Origin: Candidatus Multivoradales bacterium
Lineage (GTDB): Bacteria > Acidobacteriota > Thermoanaerobaculia > Multivoradales > Multivoraceae
Assembly (NCBI GenBank): GCA_965223325.1
Contig: CBDCWI010000002.1
Location: 3,680,001-3,744,000, forward strand
Length of the DNA: 64,000 nucleotides
Direction of reading: 5' to 3'
The notes beneath the pieces were generated by a model. That model saw only the letters and a list, made by a program, of their open reading frames with translations, did not search any database and was not told the origin of the DNA. A program made the translations under genes and the position numbers. Position 1 is the stretch's first letter. Every line of letters begins with the position of its first letter. This document shows, in pieces, positions 18,739 through 27,884 of this stretch.

Positions 18739-21033
18739 ATGACCGACATCACAAACGACAATCCTTCAGGATTCAGCCTGAATCTGTCCGACACCTTCGG
18801 TGGTTCCGATAGCGGTTTCGGAACCTCGCCGAGCCTCGAGAGCGACACCTACGAACCGTCAGGCTCCAGTGGCTTCGGCTCGCTTTTCGAGGCCAACACG
18901 CAGGCCCCGGCAACGTTCGACCTCGGACTCGAGGAAAGCTTCGGCACTGACTCCGACTTCAACTTCAGCTTCGACGCTGGCCTCGGCAGCAACAGCGCGA
19001 ACCTCTGGGACTTCGACACAGACTTCTCCTATGACGATCCGTTCGGCTCAGACTGGAGCCTCGACCCATGGCCCGACGACTTCGGCACCGACACCGACCT
19101 CGAAGAACCGCGCCAGTTCGATCTCGGCTGGGATTTCGACTTCGACCTCGACATCGGCGGTAGCGAAGAAGATCGGCAGCTGGGTCTGGAGCTCGAGAAC
19201 TTCGACTGGAACTGGGATGACGCGGGCTTCGACACTGAACCCGCAGAATTCAGCCTCTGGGGCGGTCTGCCTGATGACGCCTGGTCCGATGCGAACTTCG
19301 ACTTCGGGTTCGACTTCACCAACGATCTCGATTTCGACCGGGACTTCGACCTTGATGACGCAGCCTGGTTCCGCGGCCTCACCGAACCAGGCACAGAACC
19401 CGCCTGGACGCCCGTCTTCCGCACCCCCGAACTCGCTCCCAACCCCCATGCTCCAGGCTTTCAACTGACCGTCGAGAAAGGCGACACCCTTTCAGCCCTA
19501 GCCCAGTCTCTCGGCATCACCGTCGACGATCTACTCGAGGTCAACCCCGGCATCACCGAAACCAGCACCCTCCAAATCGGCGAGAAGCTCGCCGTCCCCG
19601 CCTGGACGCACAGCGAAACCGTGACCGTAAGAGGACACGCCAACGCCTGTACCGCCGCCGAGCGAATCCACACCGCCCTCCTAAGCGGCGACAACGAAAT
19701 GGCGAAGGTCGTGGAGATCCGCAGGGCCATCGCCAGCGCCGGGCCAGGAGAAGGCGAAGCTCTCATCGAGGCCATGCGCAAGATGGCGCTCGACGAAGAA
19801 CTCATGACGTCGCTCGACCCGCGCTACCGAGAACTCGTCGAGGAGCAGATCCACAACCTCGGCGGCTCCACCATCTCCTACCTCGAGCCGGTGCTCGAGC
19901 AGATCGCCTACGGCTACGTCGAGGGAATGGCCGACGGCGGCGTTGAGGCAGTCGAAGCCTTCAAGTCCCTCTTCCGTGCTCAGACCTGGAAAGACCTCGG
20001 TGCTCTGGGAACCACCGTCGTCAAAGCAACCAACCTCGGCGTCGGCCTCGTCGACCCCGACGCCCAGTCCGATGCCATGGCCGATTTGATTCTCATGACC
20101 CAGGCATCGTGGGAGAACTTCCGCGACGGTTGGCAAGACGCAAAGGACAATGGAACCACCCTGCGCTACATGTCAGAAGCGGCCGGCCGATTGACAACCG
20201 AAGCGTTCATCGGCGCCGCCGGAGGCGCCGCAACAACAGCCGCCAAGACCGGCCTCCGCCTGGGGCTCAACGCGGGCGAAGCTGCCACTCTCGGTCGCCT
20301 CGTCGATGGCATCGAGACCGCATCCCGCTGGCGCGCGGACTGGATGCCTGATGAGGCGTTGGGCATGTTGTCGAAAGAAGGGCAGGCTGCCCTGCGCGCA
20401 GTTCACAAAGCACACGAACTCGACAACAACAAGGGCCTCCTGCCAGGCGTAGTCGAGCAAAAGAAGGCAGAGCGCAGCATCGCCCTTTCCGAAGTGCTGG
20501 TCGCCGAACTCTCGCCAGAAGATATGGCGCGCTTCGCAACGCTCCTCGAGAACGACTACCCCGATTTCCACCGCGGTGCCTTTCCGGGCATGGACCCATC
20601 GCGACTGCCGTCACTCGAGAACCCTCTGTTTCATGACGCCCATGTGCATTTCCCCGACGTCACCTACAAGCCTGGACGGGGCGGCAGGCTCAGAGCGTCA
20701 GTGGCCGGCTATCATCATCGGCAAGGTGGAGTGGATGCTCCAGGGGTGCAGCTGGTCAACGCGTCGAAGCCCGATGCGAATGGTGTCTACAAGGGTTTTG
20801 TGCAGTTCCAGGACCCTCTATCGGGAACTTGGGGGAGACAGAAGGCCAAGACGTTCTTTCCGGACAGCTGGAGTGCCTCCCGGATCAGACGTGAAGTCAC
20901 CGCGGCCTTCGAGAATCGTGAGCCAGGCACAGGTCCGTTCTGGAAGGGCTACTCACCAACAGGGATTCTGATCAAGGGTTGGTTGGACTCCGCCGGGAAT
21001 ATTGCGACGGCCTATCCTGTCCCCTTCAAGTAA
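18739..21033 (+). CDS. Polymorphic toxin: acidic low-complexity N-terminus, LysM, helical linker, bacterial EndoU RNase tip
   Basis: LysM TVEKGDTLSALAQSLGITVDDLLEVNP..LQIGEKLAVP. EndoU motifs H..AGYHH..PDANGVY..KTFFPDSWS..I..EV..AF..WKG..IATAYP. Confidence 0.85.
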   Translation: MTDITNDNPSGFSLNLSDTFGGSDSGFGTSPSLESDTYEPSGSSGFGSLFEANTQAPATFDLGLEESFGTDSDFNFSFDAGLGSNSANLWDFDTDFSYDDPFGSDWSLDPWPDDFGTDTDLEEPRQFDLGWDFDFDLDIGGSEEDRQLGLELENFDWNWDDAGFDTEPAEFSLWGGLPDDAWSDANFDFGFDFTNDLDFDRDFDLDDAAWFRGLTEPGTEPAWTPVFRTPELAPNPHAPGFQLTVEKGDTLSALAQSLGITVDDLLEVNPGITETSTLQIGEKLAVPAWTHSETVTVRGHANACTAAERIHTALLSGDNEMAKVVEIRRAIASAGPGEGEALIEAMRKMALDEELMTSLDPRYRELVEEQIHNLGGSTISYLEPVLEQIAYGYVEGMADGGVEAVEAFKSLFRAQTWKDLGALGTTVVKATNLGVGLVDPDAQSDAMADLILMTQASWENFRDGWQDAKDNGTTLRYMSEAAGRLTTEAFIGAAGGAATTAAKTGLRLGLNAGEAATLGRLVDGIETASRWRADWMPDEALGMLSKEGQAALRAVHKAHELDNNKGLLPGVVEQKKAERSIALSEVLVAELSPEDMARFATLLENDYPDFHRGAFPGMDPSRLPSLENPLFHDAHVHFPDVTYKPGRGGRLRASVAGYHHRQGGVDAPGVQLVNASKPDANGVYKGFVQFQDPLSGTWGRQKAKTFFPDSWSASRIRREVTAAFENREPGTGPFWKGYSPTGILIKGWLDSAGNIATAYPVPFK

Positions 21034-21043
21034 GGACCAGTAG

Positions 21044-21451
21044 ATGCTGAAAATCGACTTTTCTACCGAGACACTGTCCAAAGGCACCAAGCTGCCGCTT
21101 GCAAAGGCTGAAGGTGACTTGAACCTCTTGGCCTTGTTCCTCCACAGCGAGTGCCTCTATCCATATCTGGTTCGTGGTGCCCTCAACTGGCTCTCAGCGA
21201 TCCTGGCAGCAGGCGATGGTCCCGAAGCAAAGCGCCTCGGGATGGTCGGAGGCGACGACGTCACAGCAACGTTTGAGGACGGCAAGATCCTGCTCGAAGC
21301 CGAGCCTCACGTAACCGCCGACTACCCGGAGCACTACGACGTCACTCCAGAGGACTTCAAGGAAGTACTGGTCGCCTGGATGAAGTTCATGGAAGAGAGC
21401 GGACTCGGCGACCCACCGGAGATGGCGCACGTCGAACCTATCCAGCGATAG
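21044..21451 (+). CDS. Putative cognate immunity protein
   Basis: 135-aa acidic ORF 10 nt after the toxin stop, with TAAGGA RBS. Has a paralogue at 24288. Confidence 0.75.
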   Translation: MLKIDFSTETLSKGTKLPLAKAEGDLNLLALFLHSECLYPYLVRGALNWLSAILAAGDGPEAKRLGMVGGDDVTATFEDGKILLEAEPHVTADYPEHYDVTPEDFKEVLVAWMKFMEESGLGDPPEMAHVEPIQR

Positions 21452-21709
21452 GTACCCCAGGGCGGACTGGACTTCGGCAACACCGAAGGTCGACTACTGG
21501 GCCTGAGGCTCTTCATGGCGACCGCGCGCTTCTCGATCGCGTGCGTGGACGTGTACCAGGGTCGTTAGGCCACCCTCCTCACAGTCACCGCGTACCCGTC
21601 CGCCGACAAAGGACCCGGGCCGAGGGCCGAACGTCACGACGCCAGGAGCTCCCGTCTACTGAGACGCGAATGGCCTTCGCTCCCTGAAAAGGCCTGCCGC
21701 CTAGCGCCG

Positions 21710-23062
21710 CTACTCAGCGAGGACGTAAATGCGCTTCGGGTCTTGAGGGCCCGTTCCGATCTCGCGGATATGGCCGGAAGCCACGAGCTTTGCGAGCCGC
21801 GTCCTCGTCGCCCTCGTGCTCATGCCGAGCGCGTTGGCAATCTCACTTGTCGACAGACCCTCGCTGCTTGCGAGTTGTTCAAGAACAAACCGGTCCTTAT
21901 CGTCCATTTTGGGAGCCCCCACCTTTTCGCTGGGAATGGTCACTCGAAAACGGACCGCGACCTCCTCGAAACGAGGCGGAGCAAGGCCGGCGTCTTGGCA
22001 CCCGGCGATCATTCGCTGGACACCGCTTCCCCATTGCTCGATGAGTCCAAGCTCATAGAAGGCCCGCCCAATCACTCGGTTCCTGAGCTTTGATACGCCC
22101 TGCTGAAGATCCTCGATAGTTAGACCAAGAGGCAACAAACCCGGGCTTTCGATCTCGAGACGATCATCGAAGACCGAAACTCGAATGGGAGCGCCTGTCT
22201 GCGAATAGTCGGCGTGGGCCACGGCGTTGATCACAGCTTCTCGTACGACCACTGGTGGAACGCTCCAAATCTCCCGGCGACGAACAGAGCCGATCTCGGC
22301 GCCATGAAGGCTGTGCTTTTCGACGAACTCGATAGCTTCCTCGACAGCACGAACAGGCATCGATCGAATCTCAGCCTGGTCCACGATCTTGCTCTTGTCG
22401 AATCCTCTGAAGCGGCCTGCCTGGATCCAGGCATCCGGGAAGTGCTGCCTTCTGTTCTTGCCGAACAAGATGACGCCGCCAACAGTTGGAACCGATCGTC
22501 CCTGGTGTGGAGCCAGGAGGTGAAGCGTCTCAAGATCTCGACGTCTCAGCTTCCGGACCCCAGCGAAGAACTCGGAAGCAGCTCGGAAGTCCAACTCTTC
22601 CGAGTCGAGTTCTGGCATCGGCTGTTCGTCGTAGCTTTCGCTCCGGCTGGACCGCCTCAGTTCCTCGAGCAGCTGCTGATCTGCCCGACGGTTGCTCGAT
22701 CCGACCCGCACATAGGTAGTGTTTGCGGCGCTCTTGCCACTGAGGTAGTGAGGGCGTGTCGGACTTGGAAAGACCTCGACCGATAGAACGTAGGTTTCAC
22801 GCCATGGCAGGATCTCGATCTCAGGGATCAAGCGAGGCGAGACACGGTCGCTGATCAAGTTTGCAAGACGCTCCTCCATGTCGACTGGCTCCTCGACACC
22901 TCGGACATGCCGTGATTGGTCTTCGACCCCTATCAGCAGCGTTCCGCCGGACGTGTTTGCGAACGCGACGATCGTCTTCAAAACGCCCTCCACCCCCGAG
23001 AGGTCGCGTTTGAACTCGAGGACCTTGCCCTCTTGGCGTTTCAGTAGCTCCACCAGACCCAT
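21710..23062 (-). CDS. AlbA_2 (Schlafen-like) + HATPase_c_4 + HTH protein (RecG-like/COG2865)
   Basis: LEFKR..IVAFANTSGGTLLIGVED, REAVINAVAHADYS, IESPGLL, RNRVI, IEQWGSG and a C-terminal HTH. Confidence 0.88.
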   Translation of the reverse strand: MGLVELLKRQEGKVLEFKRDLSGVEGVLKTIVAFANTSGGTLLIGVEDQSRHVRGVEEPVDMEERLANLISDRVSPRLIPEIEILPWRETYVLSVEVFPSPTRPHYLSGKSAANTTYVRVGSSNRRADQQLLEELRRSSRSESYDEQPMPELDSEELDFRAASEFFAGVRKLRRRDLETLHLLAPHQGRSVPTVGGVILFGKNRRQHFPDAWIQAGRFRGFDKSKIVDQAEIRSMPVRAVEEAIEFVEKHSLHGAEIGSVRRREIWSVPPVVVREAVINAVAHADYSQTGAPIRVSVFDDRLEIESPGLLPLGLTIEDLQQGVSKLRNRVIGRAFYELGLIEQWGSGVQRMIAGCQDAGLAPPRFEEVAVRFRVTIPSEKVGAPKMDDKDRFVLEQLASSEGLSTSEIANALGMSTRATRTRLAKLVASGHIREIGTGPQDPKRIYVLAE

Positions 23063-23066
23063 AATG

Positions 23067-23112
23067 CTCGGAAGTCTACTCGGAAGTGCTCGGAAGGCGA
23101 GGATCTTCCGAG
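23067..23112. promoter_or_regulatory. CTCGGAAG repeat array (three direct, one inverted) upstream of the AlbA_2 gene
   Basis: CTCGGAAG at 23067, 23079 and 23089; CTTCCGAG at 23105. Confidence 0.6.
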
Positions 23113-23288
23113 TTACACCGCCGAGCCAGGGCGTCTTGCTCCCACAGGTGCTCGCCGCCGGCGGGACGAGCAGCAGGACAAAAGGCTAGGCAGAACGGAA
23201 AACACTATTTAGATAGTGAATGATCAAGAGGCACGGCCAGGGAGGTTCTGACAGCAACTAGAGATGGCCTCCCTACGGACTACCAAGC

Positions 23289-23318
23289 TTGACACATAGA
23301 AGAGATATACGAGAAAAT
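23289..23318 (+). promoter_or_regulatory. Possible sigma70 promoter
   Basis: TTGACA-N18-GAAAAT in an AT-rich patch about 30 nt upstream of ORF 23348. Confidence 0.45.
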
Positions 23319-23347
23319 GGAGTTAACTAGATGATTGGAGTGCCCCA

Positions 23348-24043
23348 ATGAGAATCGTAGTTGCCCTCGTCGCCCTTCTTCTTGGCGGATGTGTTTCGAG
23401 TGCACCGCTTGCCTTCAATGTTCAGGTCGACAATCTGGGCACGATCAGGACAGAACAGAGATCGTTTGTCCTTCTTCCTGGGAATGACGGTGTCGCTGCT
23501 GAGGACCTTCAGTTCCAGGAGTACGCCCGGTACGTTGGTGCCGCGCTTGAGGCTCGAGGTTTTCAGCCCGCAGATGGTCTGGCAACAGCCGATCTAGCCT
23601 TCCTTGTCAGCTACGGAATCGGCGACCCCGTGACTCATTCCTGGGAAGAGACGTCTCCGGTCTACGGCCTTAAGGAGGGTGAGGCCAGGGTCACCAGTAC
23701 CACCTTTGGAACCGACAGATACAAGACAACCACGACCACGGTTAACCGGCCAGTTACGTACGGCGTGGTTGGCAGCCAAACGCACACTCGATCCCGAACC
23801 GAGTACTTTCGCTATCTAAGTCTCTCTGCTGTGGATTTGGAGCGTTATCGAGCCTCGGCTGAGGTTGAGGAGCGGTGGCGAACTAGAGTTACGAGCACAG
23901 GAAGTTCGGGCGACCTCCGGCGAGTCATGCCGATCCTTGTCGCTGCGGCAGCACCTCACCTCGGAAACCGAACTGACGGCAAGCTCTTTGTAAGCCTTCG
24001 CGAAGACTCGCCCCAGGTCTCGGCCGTCCGCGGCGAGCCGTAG
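23348..24043 (+). CDS. Lipoprotein, DUF4136-like
   Basis: Lipobox LLGGC, ALEARGF..ADLAFLVSYG, W..RVTSTGSSGDLR. Confidence 0.7.
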   Translation: MRIVVALVALLLGGCVSSAPLAFNVQVDNLGTIRTEQRSFVLLPGNDGVAAEDLQFQEYARYVGAALEARGFQPADGLATADLAFLVSYGIGDPVTHSWEETSPVYGLKEGEARVTSTTFGTDRYKTTTTTVNRPVTYGVVGSQTHTRSRTEYFRYLSLSAVDLERYRASAEVEERWRTRVTSTGSSGDLRRVMPILVAAAAPHLGNRTDGKLFVSLREDSPQVSAVRGEP

Positions 24044-24212
24044 AGTCAGCGACTATTCGCCAGCCCATGCGGCTGAAGCGTCATCAACCGTTTGCGGCTC
24101 GGGGTCCTCCCGCTCCGCCACCTCTTGCTGTCCGCTGAATCGCAGTGGCACATCTCACGCTTCATGGGCTTTTACCCACGGGTGGCGCTTCTCGAGCCTT
24201 TGTCTGGTTCGG

Positions 24213-24281
24213 GTCTTGATTGAGGGTTGGCTTGATCAGGCGGGGAATCTCGTGACGGCGTACCCTGTTCCGGGGGAGTGA
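24213..24281 (+). pseudogene. Orphan EndoU toxin extreme C-terminal fragment
   Basis: VLIEGWLDQAGNLVTAYPVPGE* versus toxin end ILIKGWLDSAGNIATAYPVPFK*; 15 of the first 20 residues identical. Confidence 0.85.
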
Positions 24282-24287
24282 GCCAAG

Positions 24288-24698
24288 ATGCTAGACATGG
24301 ACTTTTCGATCGAGACACTCCGCGACGGCACCAGAGTTTCTCGAGCCAAAGCAGAAGGCGACCTGAACCTCCTTGCTCTGTTTCTCTACAAAGAGTGTCG
24401 CCGCCCGTATGTCATTCGCCGGGTTCTGAACTGGCTGCCTGCCAAAATAGCTGCCGAGAATGACCGCCGGGAGAGTCATCGACTCGGCAGAATGGGTGGC
24501 AACGACGTCACTGCCACCATCGAAGATGGTCTCGTCGAACTCGAAGCAAAGCCCCACGTTAGCTGCGACCACCCGGAGTACTGCGACGTGACTCCGGAGG
24601 ACTTCAAGGAAGTCCTGATCGCCTGGATGAAGTTCCTGGAAGAGAACGGGCTCGGCGATCCACCGGAGATGGCGAACGTCGAACCATTCCGTCGCTAG
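24288..24698 (+). CDS. Orphan immunity protein paralogue
   Basis: About 66% identical (hand alignment) to 21044..21451. Confidence 0.8.
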   Translation: MLDMDFSIETLRDGTRVSRAKAEGDLNLLALFLYKECRRPYVIRRVLNWLPAKIAAENDRRESHRLGRMGGNDVTATIEDGLVELEAKPHVSCDHPEYCDVTPEDFKEVLIAWMKFLEENGLGDPPEMANVEPFRR

Positions 24699-25150
24699 GC
24701 CCGAGACAAACCTTGCGTTTTCGCTCGGTACGTTCCAGCAACCCGATACTGTTCGGCACGTCAGAAACTCACGTCTCAAAGCTCGCCGTGGGGCCACTCA
24801 GCACGTCCCCGCTCAGTTCGCTTCCTACGCCTGCTCCCGTAACTTCGTTTCCAAGCGGAGGCGACCGGAATCTGAGCTAACCACGCTCGTAAAGCTCGCG
24901 CTCTGCTCGCAGTCGCAAGTCGACCTTCTTGACTTTCTCTTCCTCGGTCTGTTCCCTTCGTGAGAATCGTCGCGAGCACTTCGTTGCCGTCCAGCAAGCT
25001 CAGCCGCACGTCCACTCGCTTGTCGTGCGACTCGAGCACCTAGATGATCCTGGAGAGGTCGAAGATGCCTTCTTCCGCGAAAGCTGCGGGGGGCCGTGTG
25101 GGGCCGCGAGCACCTGGATGATCCTGGGGGGGGGCGTGTCCCCCCGTGTC

Positions 25151-25167
25151 CCCGGTACCCGTGCTCC
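25151..25167 (-). repeat. Partial REP-like copy
   Basis: CCCGGTACCCGTGCTCC, identical to the copies at 14631 and 18597. Confidence 0.75.
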
Positions 25168-25248
25168 TCAGTAGACGACGTTTGCGATCAGCTTCTCTAT
25201 GGATTTGCCAGGACGACGGGTAGACTGCCTCGACTTCATCAAGAAACC

Positions 25249-26160
25249 ATGTCGAAGAAGCCCCAGCAACCAGCCGCCGCCGAGACCGTTCGATTCTCCG
25301 GCGAAGACGTAGCCAACCTCACGGCCGGCCTCTCGCGCCAGTACGGCTCACTGGTCGTCATCCAGGGCCTCGACGTGGGGATCCACCAGCTCTGTGATCG
25401 GCCGATTACGATCGGGCGCGAAGCGTCGATAGGGCTCACCCTTCTCGACACTTCGATTTCCCGTCGGCACTGCCGCGTGGAACTCGACGAACAGTCCGAC
25501 CGCTACGTCGTCCGCGACCTCGGTTCTACCAACAGGACACGCCTCAACGGCAAGATCATCGAGGCCCCCACCCCCCTGAACGACGGAGACAAGATCTCCC
25601 TCGGCTCGACGGTCATCAAGTTCGGCTACTCGGACAAGCTCGATGTTGAGTACCTCTCGCGTCTGGAACGCTGGGTTCGAACGGACTCGCTCACAGGGCT
25701 GCTGGTCCGCCGCCAGTTCGACAAGGCCTTTGCCCACGAGGTCGAGCAGGCTGGCGCGGCTGGTGCCGACCTTGCCGTCCTGGTGATGGACATGGACGGC
25801 ATCAAGCAGATCAATGACACACATGGCCACGAGTTCGGGGGCTTTTCGATCGTCGAAGGAGCCAAGATCATTCAGAGCTGCATCGAGCATCGCGGTCAGC
25901 TTTGCCGCTGGGGTGGCGACGAGTTCATCGCCTTCCTGCGTGAAAGCGACAAGGAGGAAGGCTGCCGACTCGCCGAAGCGATCCGCAATGGCATCGCGAA
26001 CCATGTCTTCGTCAAGGACGACATCGAAGTGCAACCCACCATCTCGATCGGAGTCAGCGCCCACCCCGAAGACGGGAGCAGCACCGATGAACTCTTCCGC
26101 GCGGCGGACCGTGCGCTCTATCGTGCGAAAGCAGCGGGCCGAAATAGCGTTGCCACCTGA
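25249..26160 (+). CDS. FHA-domain diguanylate cyclase
   Basis: FHA IGR..ISRRH..DLGSTN. TDSLTGL, DMDGIKQINDTHGH, intact GGDEF, ADRALYRAK. Start re-called at ATG 25249. Confidence 0.92.
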   Translation: MSKKPQQPAAAETVRFSGEDVANLTAGLSRQYGSLVVIQGLDVGIHQLCDRPITIGREASIGLTLLDTSISRRHCRVELDEQSDRYVVRDLGSTNRTRLNGKIIEAPTPLNDGDKISLGSTVIKFGYSDKLDVEYLSRLERWVRTDSLTGLLVRRQFDKAFAHEVEQAGAAGADLAVLVMDMDGIKQINDTHGHEFGGFSIVEGAKIIQSCIEHRGQLCRWGGDEFIAFLRESDKEEGCRLAEAIRNGIANHVFVKDDIEVQPTISIGVSAHPEDGSSTDELFRAADRALYRAKAAGRNSVAT

Positions 26161-26416
26161 GCGGCTACCGGGCACGGTCGGGGGGACCTTCCGTGGGCCC
26201 CACCGACATCGCGACGCCACGATTCCGTGCTCCCCGAACCCCACCAGGCCTCACTCCAAACGCGAGCGCCGAGGCCGGGGATCACCGGAGGGGTTCTCGC
26301 GACGTCACGCTCCGCCGCGCGCGACATTCCCACCGCAGTTCAAGGTTGCACGTGCAAGGCGAGCACCCAACACACTCGGCCCGCACGACGGGCCGCTTGC
26401 GCGGCCAATGTGATCA

Positions 26417-27640
26417 CTAGTTCGTGGGGTTGAAGTCCTTTCCGTCCTCTAGCAGTTGGATTACGGTGTCGAGGTTGCCCTGGTTGAGTGCATCGGGAGC
26501 CTCGGCGCGCGCCTTGCGGGCGTACTCGAGCGCCTTTTTGAACTTCCCTTCGGCCGAGTAGGCTCTTGCTAGACCGACGTTGATCGGCCACACGTCGCCG
26601 TGGCGTTCATGATTGAGCTTGAACAACTCAACCGCCTTCTCGGTGTTGCCGGCAGCCTGGAGCTGACGGGCGACTCCATGGAGCTGAATCGGGCCGGTGG
26701 TTCGGTGATCGACCAGCTTCGCGAGTGCTCCCTGGGCCTCGTCGGTGCGGCCCAGAGCTGACAGAACCTGATAGCGGTTCTGCAGCGTTGCGAAGTTTTC
26801 CTGGCCGACGAACTGTCTCGAGATCGCTGCGTCGGCCCACTCCAGAGCCTGTTCGAGACACCGGTTACCCTGCAGGCAGAACTGAGACGCTCCGACCCAC
26901 GCTTGCCAGCTGAATCCTGGGGAGTCGCGAAGATCGTCGCGAATTCTGGCCAGGTAGAGCTCGTCACTGTTCGGGACCTTGATCTCGAAAGGGATGCGTA
27001 GCTCTTCCCAATGCAACGCCAGGGTCGCGGTGTCCAGTTGGCGGTCGGTGAAGTCGTAGGTCAACCACTCTCGATAGGGAGCCGATTCGGCCGTGGTGGT
27101 CACCCGCAGAGCGTCTTCGTCCTCTTCGTAGAAGAAGGAGCCCCAGGAGGCCGAGTTGTTGGAGAAGATGATCGTCCACTCGTCTTCGCCAGGGATCATG
27201 TGGAGACCGTAGCGGCCGGCGGCTAACGGCTTGCCTTCGATCTCGATGTCGTGACTGGTCGTAAACACCGTGTTCTCATTGGCACCAGCGCGCCAGGGCA
27301 TTGGTTTGCCGTTGCCAAACGCGGCGCTCGAAAGCCCCCAGGGCACCAGCTGGCCCCAGATGTTTCCGCGCCGATCGGTGCCGTCTGGCGCTGTGACGTC
27401 GGGACTCGAGTAGTCGACCGAGACCGTGACCAGACCGAGCTGTTGGGTCACTGACGCTTTCTGGTTGCCGCCCGAGGGCGGCACGGTCAGGCCGGCCTGC
27501 GCGAGCGCTGGCGGAGAAAGGCTGAGGACGAGGGCGACAACGGCGATCGTCACGCCCACGAGCGGCAACAGGGTGTGCGGTTGCGGTCGCCGTCTGGGCT
27601 GTTCTGTGGGCTGCTTCGAGGAATGGATGAATGGCTGCAT
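26417..27640 (-). CDS. DUF2911-domain exported protein with TPR C-terminus
   Basis: VDYSSP..IWGQLVP..PWRAGANENT..LAAGRYGLHMIP..EWTIIFS. Start ATG 27640 with AAGGAG RBS. Confidence 0.85.
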   Translation of the reverse strand: MQPFIHSSKQPTEQPRRRPQPHTLLPLVGVTIAVVALVLSLSPPALAQAGLTVPPSGGNQKASVTQQLGLVTVSVDYSSPDVTAPDGTDRRGNIWGQLVPWGLSSAAFGNGKPMPWRAGANENTVFTTSHDIEIEGKPLAAGRYGLHMIPGEDEWTIIFSNNSASWGSFFYEEDEDALRVTTTAESAPYREWLTYDFTDRQLDTATLALHWEELRIPFEIKVPNSDELYLARIRDDLRDSPGFSWQAWVGASQFCLQGNRCLEQALEWADAAISRQFVGQENFATLQNRYQVLSALGRTDEAQGALAKLVDHRTTGPIQLHGVARQLQAAGNTEKAVELFKLNHERHGDVWPINVGLARAYSAEGKFKKALEYARKARAEAPDALNQGNLDTVIQLLEDGKDFNPTN

Positions 27641-27884
27641 GAATGAGTCTCCTTGAGTCCCCACCACCCGGACCTGTGTCTTGGCTTTGTGTCGATTGTT
27701 CTCTCTTCTCGATTCGGCAGCACCTGCCTCGGCAATGTCAGTCCTTGGCCAGCAGGGCACGCAGCGACGGGAGCCCTTCCTGGGTGACTGCACGAATCTT
27801 TGAGGGTCAGAGCTGATACGTAGTAGGCGCGAGCGAGGTTTGGAATCGATTTACGCCTCAGTTTCGCCAATTTTCGTAGAAGTT

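Noticed and set aside
21564-21570. GTTAGGC as an integron attC core, implying the island is a cassette array
   Set aside because: No matching inverse core upstream, no integron integrase, and the genes are in mixed orientation.
24776-25080. Possible degraded minus-strand gene (87-aa ORF)
   Set aside because: Protein-like pieces are interrupted by stops and an apparent frameshift, and no family is recognisable. Not supportable as a feature.
25126-25135. Poly-G tract as a phase-variation switch
   Set aside because: It lies in repeat-derived intergenic DNA upstream of the likely GGDEF start at 25249. There is no evidence it affects a frame or promoter.
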